A stretch of 64,000 nt of DNA from an uncultured Clostridium sp. GTDB taxonomy: Bacteria; Bacillota; Clostridia; TANB77; CAG-508. Position 1 is the first letter of the stretch. Every line of letters starts with the position of its first letter. Shown here one piece after another: positions 41,350 to 50,927 of the stretch. Made by a program: the position numbers and the translations under genes. The stretch covers positions 46,977 to 110,976 of the forward strand of contig CAOJQV010000001.1 in the NCBI GenBank assembly GCA_948441945.1, in the 5' to 3' direction. The notes beneath the pieces were generated by a model. It was not told the DNA's origin. It did not search any database and saw only the letters and a program-made list of their open reading frames with translations.

Positions 41350-42552
41350 TTAGCATTTACCAATGTTTACCAATTTTAATGTTTCTTTAGCAATCATTAA
41401 TTCTTCATTAGTAGGAATTACATAAACTTTAATTTTAGAATCTAGTTTAGAAATAACTTTTTCTTCACCTCTCATATTATTGCTATCTAAATCTAAGTCA
41501 ACTCCCATAAAAGCTATATTTTCACAAATTCCTTTACGAATATTAATTTGATTTTCTCCAATTCCACCAGTAAATACTATATAATCAATTCCATTCATTG
41601 CTACAGCATATTTAGCTATATAACTTGCAATTGTATAATTAAAAGCTTCTACAGCAAGTTTTGCATCTTCTTCTCCATTATTTGAAGCAAGTTCAATTTC
41701 TCTAAAATCTGGCACTAATCCTGACATACCTGAAAGCCCAGATTGTTTATTTAAAACATCTTCCATTTGTGCAGGTGTCAAGTTTTCTTTTTTCATTATA
41801 TAAGTAACTACTGATGGGTCTAAATCTCCACTTCTTGTAACCATCGGAAGACCTCCAAGTGGTGTAAGTCCCATACTTGTATCAACTGATTTTCCACCCT
41901 TTATAGCACATACGCTTGCTCCTTGTCCTAAATGGCAAGTAACTATTTTCATATCTTCAATAGGTTTATTTTCAATTTCTGCAAGTCTCTGAGATACAAA
42001 CATATAAGATGTTCCATGAAATCCATATTTTCTAACACTGTACTTTTTATAATATTCATAAGGAATAGGATAAATAAATTTATCTTTTTCCATTGTTTGA
42101 TGGAATGCTGTATCAAATACACCAACCATTGGTTTTCCAGGCATAACCTCTCTGCAAGCATCTATTCCTAAAATACAAGCTGGGTTATGCAATGGTGCTA
42201 AATCAGTATATTCTTTTAAAACATTAACTACATTATCATCAATAATAACAGATTCTGCAATTTTTTCTCCACCATGTACTAATCTATGTCCAATAGCAGT
42301 AATTTCATCTAAACTATCTATTACTTTATATTCAGGATGTATTAATTGTTTTAAAGTAAAATCAATAGCTTCAGAATGATTATAAGCAGGATTTTTTATT
42401 TCTATTTTTTGACCATTTACTTTATGTGTAATAAAAGCTTCATCTTCTCCTATTCTTTCATATTTTCCAGAAGCCATAACTTCTTCTGTATCCATATTAA
42501 TTAATTGATATTTTAGTGATGAACTACCACAATTTAATACTAATATTTTCAT
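41350..42552 (-). CDS. ackA: acetate kinase (copy 1)
   Basis: MKILVLNCGSSSLKYQ, HRLVHGG, FDTAFHQT, GFHGTS, VTCHLGQGASVCA. Confidence 0.9.
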   Translation of the reverse strand: MKILVLNCGSSSLKYQLINMDTEEVMASGKYERIGEDEAFITHKVNGQKIEIKNPAYNHSEAIDFTLKQLIHPEYKVIDSLDEITAIGHRLVHGGEKIAESVIIDDNVVNVLKEYTDLAPLHNPACILGIDACREVMPGKPMVGVFDTAFHQTMEKDKFIYPIPYEYYKKYSVRKYGFHGTSYMFVSQRLAEIENKPIEDMKIVTCHLGQGASVCAIKGGKSVDTSMGLTPLGGLPMVTRSGDLDPSVVTYIMKKENLTPAQMEDVLNKQSGLSGMSGLVPDFREIELASNNGEEDAKLAVEAFNYTIASYIAKYAVAMNGIDYIVFTGGIGENQINIRKGICENIAFMGVDLDLDSNNMRGEEKVISKLDSKIKVYVIPTNEELMIAKETLKLVNIGKC

Positions 42553-42617
42553 TATACTTTTCCTTTCTTTTTATACTAAAATAGACCGTTCTGTTTAAAA
42601 CATTTTTATTTAAATAA

Positions 42618-42648
42618 TGTCCCACAAGTAAACGTCCCTTTTGGGACA
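42618..42648. repeat. composite palindromic repeat, family A (TGTCCCACAAGTAAACGTCCCTTTTGGGACA)
   Basis: 7-bp outer IR TGTCCCA/TGGGACA with inner GTCCC-TTTT-GGGAC hairpin; between the two ack genes. Confidence 0.8.
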
Positions 42649-43842
42649 TTATTTTACTTGGTTTAATGTTTCTCTTGCTATCATTAACTCTTCATCTGTT
42701 GGAACAACATAGACTTTTACTTTTGAGTCTGCTGATGATATTTCTACTTCTTCTCCTCTGATTTTATTTTTTTCTTCATCTATTTTTACTCCAAAAAATT
42801 CTAGATAGTCACATATTGCTTTTCTTGAAAGAGGGCCTTTTTCTCCAACTCCTGCTGTAAATGTAATTACATCTATTCCTCCCATTGCAACTGCACATTT
42901 TGCTACATAAGATGCTACATCATAATGATATATATCTAGTGCTAATTGTGCATGTGTTCCTCCTGCTAATGCATCATTTTCCACATCTCTAAAGTCTACT
43001 GATAATCCTCTTGATGCTCCATATATTCCAGATTTTTTATTTAAAACGTCTTCCATTTCTTGTGGTGTCAAATTTTCTTTTTTCATTATGTAAGTAACTA
43101 CTGAAGGGTCTAAATCTCCACTTCTTGTTCCCATTGGAACTCCTCCTAAAGGTGTTAATCCCATACTTGTTTCTACTGATTTGCCATTTTGTATTGCACA
43201 TACACTTGCACCTTGTCCTAAGTGGCAATTAATAATTTTTAAGTCATTTATATCTTTTCCCATTATTTCTGCAACTCTATTTGATACATATTGATGTGAA
43301 GTACCATGTGCTCCATATTTTCTTACTCCATAATTTTTGTAATATTCATAAGGTATAGGATATATATATCTTTCTTTTGGAATTGTTTGATGAAATGCTG
43401 TGTCAAATACTGCTACCATTGGTATTTTAGATGCAACTTTTTGACATGCTTCTATTCCTAATATTGCTGCTGGGTTATGTAATGGTGCTAATTCACTACA
43501 TTTTTTAATTTCTTCAATTACTTCATTGCCAATTAATACTGGCTGTGAATATTTTTCTCCACCTTGAACTACTCTATGTCCAATTCCACCCAATTCTTCT
43601 AAACTCTTAATTACTCCATAGTGGTCGTTTGTTAGTCTTGAAAATACAAATTCTAAAGCTTGTTCATGGTTTTCTACATGTTTTTCAAATTTGTGTTTTT
43701 CTCCATTAACTTTGTGTGTTAAAAAAGAATTCTGTTGACCTATTCTTTCAAAATAACCTTTTGCTAATACTTTTTCTGTATCCATATCAATTACTTGATA
43801 TTTTAATGATGAACTTCCTGAGTTTAATACTAAAATTTTCAT
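42649..43842 (-). CDS. ackA: acetate kinase (copy 2, tandem paralog)
   Basis: Same motif set as copy 1. Start at MKILVLNSG with a GAGGAGG RBS; the longer ORF N-terminus is repeat-derived. Confidence 0.9.
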   Translation of the reverse strand: MKILVLNSGSSSLKYQVIDMDTEKVLAKGYFERIGQQNSFLTHKVNGEKHKFEKHVENHEQALEFVFSRLTNDHYGVIKSLEELGGIGHRVVQGGEKYSQPVLIGNEVIEEIKKCSELAPLHNPAAILGIEACQKVASKIPMVAVFDTAFHQTIPKERYIYPIPYEYYKNYGVRKYGAHGTSHQYVSNRVAEIMGKDINDLKIINCHLGQGASVCAIQNGKSVETSMGLTPLGGVPMGTRSGDLDPSVVTYIMKKENLTPQEMEDVLNKKSGIYGASRGLSVDFRDVENDALAGGTHAQLALDIYHYDVASYVAKCAVAMGGIDVITFTAGVGEKGPLSRKAICDYLEFFGVKIDEEKNKIRGEEVEISSADSKVKVYVVPTDEELMIARETLNQVK

Positions 43843-43857
43843 TTTAAATCCTCCTCT

Positions 43858-43984
43858 TGAGACAATTGGGACAGTCCAAATTTGTCTTATTTTTTTGCCG
43901 TTTTTTGTCGTTATTAAATACTTTGTATCTTCGACATTTTTTGACATATTTATGAGACAAATTTGGACTGTCCCAACTGTCTCA
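43858..43984. repeat. inverted pair of family C composite palindromes (TGAGACAAATTTGGACTGTCCCAACTGTCTCA), 63-bp spacer
   Basis: Copies at 43858-43889 and 43953-43984 in opposite orientation. Outer IR TGAGACA/TGTCTCA, inner GGACTGTCC. The spacer contains the TTCGACATTTTT motif also found at 55382. Confidence 0.8.
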
Positions 43985-43985
43985 T

Positions 43986-44987
43986 TTACATTTGTGCTTG
44001 CACAGCTGTAATAGCAATAACTCCTGCAATATCTTTATAACTACAACCTCTTGAAAGGTCGTTTACAGGCTTAGATATTCCTTGGCATAAAGGTCCATAA
44101 GCTTCTGCTTTTGCTAATCTTTGAACTAGTTTATATCCTATATTACCAGCATCTAAATCTGGAAATATTAATACATTAGCTTCTCCTGCCACATTGCTTT
44201 CAGGAGCCTTTGATTTTGCAACTTCTGGTATAATTGCACTATCTACTTGTAATTCTCCATCTGCTTTTAAATTTGGTTCTTTTTCTTTTAATATTTTTGT
44301 TGCTTCTATAACCTTTTCTGTTAGTGATGAATTAGCACTTCCATAAGTTGAATATGAAAGCATTGCTACTTTTGGTTCTTTTCCTACTAATTGTGTAAAA
44401 CTTTTGCTTGATGATATTGCTATTTCTGATAATTCTTCCGCAGTAGGATTTGAGTTTAGTCCACAATCTCCAAATATAAATGTGCCATTTTCACCATAAT
44501 TACATTCTGGTACTACCATTACAAAAAATGCTGAAACTAATTTTGTGTCTGGAGCAGTTTTCAATATTTGTAATGCTGGTCTTAATGTGTCTGCTGTTGA
44601 GTGTATTGCTCCTGAGACTAATCCATCTACTTTTGTTTCTTCATCTTTTACCATAAGCATTCCAAAATATACAGGGTCTAGTGCAATCTCTTTTGCTTTT
44701 TCTATTGTTATTCCTTTATTTTTCCTTAGTTCATATAGCAGATTAGCATATTTTTCATAGTTTTCAGAAGTTTTAGGTTCTATTATTTTTGCTCCTTTTA
44801 TGTCTATATTATTGTTACTTGCATTTTCTAGTATTTGTTGTTCATTTCCTATTAATATGATATTGGCATATTTCTCTTTTAATGTTACTTCTGTTGCTTT
44901 TAATGTTCTTATGTCTTCTGCTTCTGGAAGTACAATTGTCTTTATGTCTTTTTTTGCTCTTTCTTTTATGCTTTCTATAAAATCCAT
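43986..44987 (-). CDS. pta: phosphate acetyltransferase
   Basis: Pta family (…LPEAEDIRTLKA…GDCGLNSNPT…SKPVNDLSRG); start at MDFIES with an AAGGAGG RBS. Confidence 0.9.
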   Translation of the reverse strand: MDFIESIKERAKKDIKTIVLPEAEDIRTLKATEVTLKEKYANIILIGNEQQILENASNNNIDIKGAKIIEPKTSENYEKYANLLYELRKNKGITIEKAKEIALDPVYFGMLMVKDEETKVDGLVSGAIHSTADTLRPALQILKTAPDTKLVSAFFVMVVPECNYGENGTFIFGDCGLNSNPTAEELSEIAISSSKSFTQLVGKEPKVAMLSYSTYGSANSSLTEKVIEATKILKEKEPNLKADGELQVDSAIIPEVAKSKAPESNVAGEANVLIFPDLDAGNIGYKLVQRLAKAEAYGPLCQGISKPVNDLSRGCSYKDIAGVIAITAVQAQM

Positions 44988-45100
44988 TTTTGTCATCCTC
45001 CTTTTGATATGTCTTATTATATATTTAAAAAAACAAAAGTACAAGACTTTTTAAAAAAGTTGTTCTTTTGTCTTCTTTTTTATAGGTAATTTAATATGTT

Positions 45101-45754
45101 CTATTTACTAGAAATATGTATATTTTCTATTTGTGCATTCATTTCTCTAGATATAATATTTTGTATTTGAGCTACTTTTTCTGTAGTTAACTCTTTATCA
45201 TCTACAATAATGCTAACACTGTTACCATTTACAAAAATAATACAATTATTAAATCCTTTAACTAAAATTAAATTTTCACAAATCATAATACTATTTTTGG
45301 TATTGTTGATTTTCTTAATTTCCTCAGTAGCAGATTGCCTTTGAGTTTCTAAAGAATTACCACTATTCAAAACATTTTCATAAGTCTCAAGCATTTGAGA
45401 GTACATTTTATCTCTTTCTAACTTAGATTTTGAAAAATATTCGTCATCATCTTTAGATACTTCACTACTTGTATATATTGTATTTTCTTCAACAATATTA
45501 CTACTAATAGTATTATCTTCTTGCTCTTTGCTTTCTTCTTTATGCTCTTCCTCAACTTTTTCTTCAACTACAACATTACTACTAACTAATTGAGCATCTC
45601 CAATGTTAGCCATCTTAGCTAGCTCTTCTTCTGTACTGCTAGTTTGTACTGCAGTATTTAGATTATCACTAGCAGTAAAATTAAGATATCCTGCAACTAC
45701 CAACATTAAAGCGATTACATAAATTACAACTTGGTTTTTCTTAAATAATTTCAT
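45101..45754 (-). CDS. spoIIIAH: stage III sporulation protein AH
   Basis: N-terminal TM, acidic linker, C-terminal YscJ/FliF-like domain; last gene of the spoIIIA operon. Confidence 0.75.
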   Translation of the reverse strand: MKLFKKNQVVIYVIALMLVVAGYLNFTASDNLNTAVQTSSTEEELAKMANIGDAQLVSSNVVVEEKVEEEHKEESKEQEDNTISSNIVEENTIYTSSEVSKDDDEYFSKSKLERDKMYSQMLETYENVLNSGNSLETQRQSATEEIKKINNTKNSIMICENLILVKGFNNCIIFVNGNSVSIIVDDKELTTEKVAQIQNIISREMNAQIENIHISSK

Positions 45755-45807
45755 AAACTTACTTCCTTTCTTTTAAATTTAACTTGTATCGAAACACTCC
45801 TTAAAAA

Positions 45808-45838
45808 TGTCCCACAAGTAAACGTCCCTATTGGGACA
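45808..45838. repeat. composite palindromic repeat, family A
   Basis: tgtcccacaagtaaacgtccctattgggaca between spoIIIAG and spoIIIAH. Confidence 0.8.
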
Positions 45839-46463
45839 TTTCAAACACTTGAATTTTGTGTGTTGCCAGTCCTGTTGCTGCTTCTACAGCTTGAATTATA
45901 TTTGTTTTTACATTTGTGTTAGATGCTCCTTTTGCAGTTACTATTGCTCCTTCTATTTTTGGTTCTACTGTTTTTTGTACTATTGGTGTTTTGTTACTTC
46001 CATCTTCTTGATATACTATTTCTTTTTGTGAGTCTGTTTCTTCTACTTTTCTTATTCCTCCAGATGTGTCTGTTTCTTCTGTTACACTTGTTTTTGAATT
46101 TTCATTGTACATTGCTACTGTTTCACTTGATTCTGAATAGTTTATAAATACTTTTACATTTCCTACTCCATTTATATTACTAAGAATTGATTCTAACCTT
46201 TGTTCTAATCCACTTTCTGAATTGTTTGTTTTATTATTTGTGTTACTTTCTGTACTACTTTTACTTTCTGTTGTTGCTAACTTTTTTCCTGCTGTGTTTG
46301 TAACTGTTTTATTTGAACTTTTATCTCCATTCCAAATATAATTAATTATTACTATTGTAATTATTAATAGAATCACTAAAAATACTAAATTTTCTATCTT
46401 CTTTTTATTATTTCCTCCACCTTCATTTTTGCTTATTATTGCTTTTAACTTATCTTTAAACAT
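45828..46463 (-). CDS. spoIIIAG: stage III sporulation protein AG
   Basis: TM anchor plus C-terminal ring-forming domain (…VTAKGASNTNVKTNIIQAVEAATGLATHKIQVFEM). Confidence 0.7.
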   Translation of the reverse strand: MFKDKLKAIISKNEGGGNNKKKIENLVFLVILLIITIVIINYIWNGDKSSNKTVTNTAGKKLATTESKSSTESNTNNKTNNSESGLEQRLESILSNINGVGNVKVFINYSESSETVAMYNENSKTSVTEETDTSGGIRKVEETDSQKEIVYQEDGSNKTPIVQKTVEPKIEGAIVTAKGASNTNVKTNIIQAVEAATGLATHKIQVFEMSQ

Positions 46464-47068
46464 TCTTCCTTCACCCCATATTCTTGTTTCAAGAAGTCTT
46501 TTATTATTTTAATATCAGTTTTTGTTATTTTACTTTCTTCTTCTGATGATTCTTCTTTATTATCTGATACATTGACTTCTACTTTTTGAATTTTTTGGAT
46601 TTCTGTTATAATCTTGTCTTCTAAAGTATTTTGTTCTTCATTTTCTTCAGAAATCTTTCCTGAAATTTTAAGTACTATTTTCTCAATCCCACTATCTTCT
46701 TGTGATATATGTGCTTCTACTGTGCAAGTTTCTACTTCATATCCTTTATCTTCTATTTTTCTTTTAATATCTTTTTCTAGCTCTGTTTCATATATCTCAT
46801 TTAGCCTTCTATCCATCGAAGATTGGTCGACTTTTGAGTCTGTTTGCATTACATCTTCTGAAGTATCTATATATGAATTAAATTCATTTAAATTAAATTT
46901 GTCTTTATTATCAATAAATGGTGATATTATGCTAAATAATATATATAACCCCATTATCATTTTTACATATTTTTTAGTTTTATTATTTGGTAATAGCATT
47001 TCTAATATAGAAACTATTATAAGTGCTAAACTTAAGTTTTTAACCCATGTACTCATAAAATTTATCAT
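46445..47068 (-). CDS. spoIIIAF: stage III sporulation protein AF
   Basis: Two N-terminal TM helices, acidic C-terminus; position in operon. Confidence 0.7.
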   Translation of the reverse strand: MINFMSTWVKNLSLALIIVSILEMLLPNNKTKKYVKMIMGLYILFSIISPFIDNKDKFNLNEFNSYIDTSEDVMQTDSKVDQSSMDRRLNEIYETELEKDIKRKIEDKGYEVETCTVEAHISQEDSGIEKIVLKISGKISEENEEQNTLEDKIITEIQKIQKVEVNVSDNKEESSEEESKITKTDIKIIKDFLKQEYGVKEECLKIS

Positions 47069-48231
47069 CTAAACATCATCCCCGAATTAGACATTTTAAC
47101 AAGTAGAGTTGTCCCTATCATAACCATAAATGAAACAGATACTAATATTGCTAGTAATATTTTAAAAATGTCTGCTATTTGTTCTAATAAACTTACTATT
47201 TTAGAATCTGCTACTACTTCACTTATACTTGCTACTAATTTATATGAAATTGTGAGAATTGATAGCTTTAAAATTGGTAAAATGCAAATTCCTATAATAA
47301 CAATAACTCCTAAAAATCCAACTGCATTTTTTAATATTACTCCACATCCTAGAACACTATCAACAACATCTCCTAAAATTTTTCCTACCACTGGAATTGC
47401 CGAACTGACAATTGTTTTTGCTGTTTTTGCTGTTATTCCATCAACAGAACTTGCTAAAGTTCCCTCTAAAGAAACAACTCCTACAAAAATAGTTAGTGCT
47501 AAACCTAAAAACCATGTTGTACTCGATTTCAAAAATTTTGCTATCTTTTCAACTTGAACTTTATCAGATATTTTAGAAATAATGCTAATAGATGTAATTA
47601 GTAAAATAACTGGTATTAATATGTTTTGAATCATATTTCCTATAAAATTTATTAAGAACAAGATAATTGGTTCTAATATACTGCTTGTAGTAATACTTCC
47701 TGTATAAATCATTAAAGATACTAAAACAGGTATTAAAGTATTAATAAATCCCACTAAATTTTCTGTAGTAGTTTTTACCATTTGTATAACATCAGAAAAA
47801 TTTGTCATAACAACTGTTACAATAGCAATATATTGCACATAATAAATCAATTTACATATTCCATCATTTTCTAAACTTTCACTAATCGATTTTAAAATAC
47901 TATGTATAATAATTATTACTAAAATACTAACTAAGCTTTTAATTCCAACTTCTACTTCTGTTCCTAATACATGAAGAATTCTTTTATATATAGTTGAATT
48001 ATCAATTTCTCCCTTTATTGCCGAATTTAAAATATCACCAATATCAATGTCATTAAAAAATTCGCCTGTATACTCTTTAGAATTTTCAATAAAAGACTGT
48101 ATACCAAATGTCTGCTGTTGCTCTCCAATTGTTTGTTCATCTAAATCTGCTGAATAACTTAAATTAATACTAAAAAATATTAGTAGAATTATTAGTAGTA
48201 GAATTTTATGTATTTTCTTTTGTATTTTCAC
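47065..48231 (-). CDS. spoIIIAE: stage III sporulation protein AE
   Basis: Signal/TM, then polytopic membrane protein. GTG start with an AAGGAGGG RBS; the longer ORF N-terminus is repeat-derived. Confidence 0.8.
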   Translation of the reverse strand: MKIQKKIHKILLLIILLIFFSINLSYSADLDEQTIGEQQQTFGIQSFIENSKEYTGEFFNDIDIGDILNSAIKGEIDNSTIYKRILHVLGTEVEVGIKSLVSILVIIIIHSILKSISESLENDGICKLIYYVQYIAIVTVVMTNFSDVIQMVKTTTENLVGFINTLIPVLVSLMIYTGSITTSSILEPIILFLINFIGNMIQNILIPVILLITSISIISKISDKVQVEKIAKFLKSSTTWFLGLALTIFVGVVSLEGTLASSVDGITAKTAKTIVSSAIPVVGKILGDVVDSVLGCGVILKNAVGFLGVIVIIGICILPILKLSILTISYKLVASISEVVADSKIVSLLEQIADIFKILLAILVSVSFMVMIGTTLLVKMSNSGMMFR

Positions 48232-48248
48232 ATTTTTATACCCTCCTT

Positions 48249-48334
48249 TGTCCCAAAAGGGACGTTTACCTTTGGGACATTTTTCATTTAATCTTTGAGA
48301 CAATGTCCCAAAGGTAAACGTCCCTTTTGGGACA
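48249..48334. repeat. inverted pair of family A composite palindromes, 24-bp spacer
   Basis: 48249-48279 TGTCCCAAAAGGGACGTTTACCTTTGGGACA, and its exact reverse complement at 48304-48334. Confidence 0.85.
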
Positions 48335-48721
48335 TCATGGTAAAATTCTCAGAATTACTTCTAATAAACTAGATATAATAGGAATTGACATAGAAATTAT
48401 AATAATCTTGCTTCCTAATTCTATTTTACTAGCAATTGCTGCTTCTCCTGAGTCTTTACATATACTTACTGCAAATTCTGATAAAAATGCTATTCCTGTA
48501 ATCTTGATTAGTAAACTTATGAATTGCATGTTTATAGAAAACTTGTCCTCTATATTTTGAATTAATTGAATTATTCCTGTTAGCTTGTCCATAACTAGGA
48601 ATAGTATTAATATTCCTGTTAATATGCTAATAAAAATCGCATATTCTGGTCTATATTGTTTTAACATTATTATAATAATAAGAGCAATTAAAGCAATTCC
48701 AATTATTTTAATAATTTCCAT
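48335..48721 (-). CDS. spoIIIAD: stage III sporulation protein AD
   Basis: 128-aa four-TM protein, in operon position. Confidence 0.8.
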   Translation of the reverse strand: MEIIKIIGIALIALIIIIMLKQYRPEYAIFISILTGILILFLVMDKLTGIIQLIQNIEDKFSINMQFISLLIKITGIAFLSEFAVSICKDSGEAAIASKIELGSKIIIISMSIPIISSLLEVILRILP

Positions 48722-48739
48722 TACTTACTATTCACTCCT

Positions 48740-48934
48740 TTATAAATTAAATAATGTTCTAACAGTGTCAAATAATCCACTTATTTCTTTTATTACCATA
48801 GTTAAAACAATTACTAATCCCGCAAGTGTTGTCATCATTGCTTGGTCTTCTCTTCCTGCTCTTACTAGAACTTGATACAGAACAGCAACTAAAATTCCTA
48901 TTGCTGCAATTTTAAATAATAAATCAATACTCAT
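48740..48934 (-). CDS. spoIIIAC: stage III sporulation protein AC
   Basis: 64 aa with two TM helices. Confidence 0.8.
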   Translation of the reverse strand: MSIDLLFKIAAIGILVAVLYQVLVRAGREDQAMMTTLAGLVIVLTMVIKEISGLFDTVRTLFNL

Positions 48935-48943
48935 AAAATCCCC

Positions 48944-49457
48944 TCTTTATATTAATATAATTACAAGTGCTAATCCTATTGTACTTCCTAATTTTTTATA
49001 TAGTTTTTCGTTTTTTTCTTTCTCTTCTCTTGCTTCTTTTATTTGTTTGTTTAGTAATTCTTCTGTTACTTCAATTTGTCCAATTTGCCCTTCTACATCT
49101 GTGATTCCGCAATAATTTTGATAATGTTTTTAATGTTTGCTTGTCCTCTTTTTTTAGATTTCCTTCTATTTCATCTACTGATTTTTCATAAGCTACTGAT
49201 GCATTTTCTCTTTCCATTTTTTCTTTTGCATTTTTAAATAGTTTAGATATTGTTTGATAAGTATTTTTAGATATTTCGTCAAATATTTCTGGTATTGGTT
49301 CGTAAGTAAATTTTATTTTGCTTTTAAATATATTTAGTGCGTTTTTCATTTCTTCTAATTCTTCTAATCTAAATTTATATTTTTGTGATATGTATTTTCC
49401 TATTAGTGTTGAAGAAAGAAACACACAAAAAAGCATACAATATTTAATAAACTGCAT
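48944..49457 (-). pseudogene. spoIIIAB: stage III sporulation protein AB, interrupted by a 1-nt frameshift near 49105-49118
   Basis: The N-terminal 128-codon frame ends ...LSKLLRNHRCRRANWTN*. The adjacent frame encodes the expected C-terminus ITDVEGQIGQIEVTEELLNKQIKEAREEKEKNEKLYKKLGSTIGLALVIILI*. Removing one base from ttgCgg restores KLLGITD. Confidence 0.65.
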
Positions 49458-49526
49458 AATTTTTATACTCCTTGCATTTTATTTTTAATATTATATGCTT
49501 GATATTTTATTTTAGAACTTATATTT

Positions 49527-50837
49527 TTATTTTTGTATCCAATCAAATGAATTTATTAATTTATCTGATTGTTTTACTAACTCTTTCTCATCTTTTAAAG
49601 TAAAACTATATGATGTAATACATGCTAAACTATCTCCATTTAAAATATAGTAATAATATAATATTTCTTCTGGGTCTGATGAGTATGTCATTCTAACTTT
49701 TACTAAATCATATCCTTTTTCTGTTTTTAATGTATCTATATTAAATTCATCTGGTTTATCATCAGTTGAATTAAATGTGTTTTGTAAATTTGTTTTTATA
49801 TCTTCTACATTACTTACAATTGAAGTATCTACTGTGTTATAGAATATGTTTATAACTGCTGGATAAGATGAATAATCTCCTTCTTGTATTGTATTTGTGT
49901 CTGATACTGGAATAGTACTTATATAACGATAAAAATTCCATTCTGTTTCATATTGTGAATCTGATTTTTCCCAGTTGTCTGATATTTTAAACTCTACTGT
50001 TCCATCAGTTATTGTATTGTCTGATACAATATTTTTTGTAATTATTGACATAGCTACAGCTCCAACTGCTATAACTACTAATATAATTCCCATTATTATG
50101 AAAGCTGTCATTTGTTTAGTTCTCATTTGTTTTGCTTCATTTTCTTCTGAATAATAATATTTTCCTTTATATTTTTTGATAATTCCTAATTGTTTTAAGT
50201 ACATAAATTGTTGTTTTGCCATAGCATCTTCTGTTTCTGCAAAAACCTCTTCTTTCATCATAGCTTTTTCTTGATTTACTGCATCATATTTTGTAAATAT
50301 TGGTTTAATTAATTCAATTGCTGCATTTTTTCTTTCTTTGATTTCTTCACTATTGTTAAGGTCTAATTTAATTTCTTTTCCATCACTATTTGCTATTTGT
50401 TTTTTTAAGTTAGCTGTAATAACACTTGCTCCTAAAATTGTAAATACAATTGAAATTGCAAAGTCATGCATAATTGCTGATGAGAATTCAGAATTTTGAT
50501 ATAGTTTTGAAATATTATCTACACTTACATGCATTCCTTCTTTTTGAATTAGTAATCCTGGTATAATAACTAATGTTGCAACTGTAACAATAATTATTGC
50601 GATTACCATTAAAATTGCTGGTACTCCTTTGCTCATTTTTCCTTTTAATAACTTATAACCATAAAATTCTCCTGCCGCAATTAAAACTGCAAGTATTGAT
50701 AACATCATATTTCCATAAACATATACTAATACCCATGGAATTGTTGTTATTACTCCTCCTATAATTGCTCCTATAATACCTGTTATGTAATTACCATCTT
50801 GCATTTTGTTTGGCTTTTCTTTGATTTCTTCTTCCAC
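49527..50837 (-). CDS. hypothetical polytopic membrane protein with large C-terminal extracytoplasmic domain (not spoIIIAA)
   Basis: No Walker motifs. GTG start with an AAGGAGGA RBS; sits where spoIIIAA would be expected. Confidence 0.5.
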   Translation of the reverse strand: MEEEIKEKPNKMQDGNYITGIIGAIIGGVITTIPWVLVYVYGNMMLSILAVLIAAGEFYGYKLLKGKMSKGVPAILMVIAIIIVTVATLVIIPGLLIQKEGMHVSVDNISKLYQNSEFSSAIMHDFAISIVFTILGASVITANLKKQIANSDGKEIKLDLNNSEEIKERKNAAIELIKPIFTKYDAVNQEKAMMKEEVFAETEDAMAKQQFMYLKQLGIIKKYKGKYYYSEENEAKQMRTKQMTAFIIMGIILVVIAVGAVAMSIITKNIVSDNTITDGTVEFKISDNWEKSDSQYETEWNFYRYISTIPVSDTNTIQEGDYSSYPAVINIFYNTVDTSIVSNVEDIKTNLQNTFNSTDDKPDEFNIDTLKTEKGYDLVKVRMTYSSDPEEILYYYYILNGDSLACITSYSFTLKDEKELVKQSDKLINSFDWIQK

Positions 50838-50927
50838 TTTTTTGTATCCTCCTTTATAAAATATTGTTAGAACTAATTTATCATAAATTTTTATATTATG
50901 CAATAAAAATATCTTATTTTATAACAA

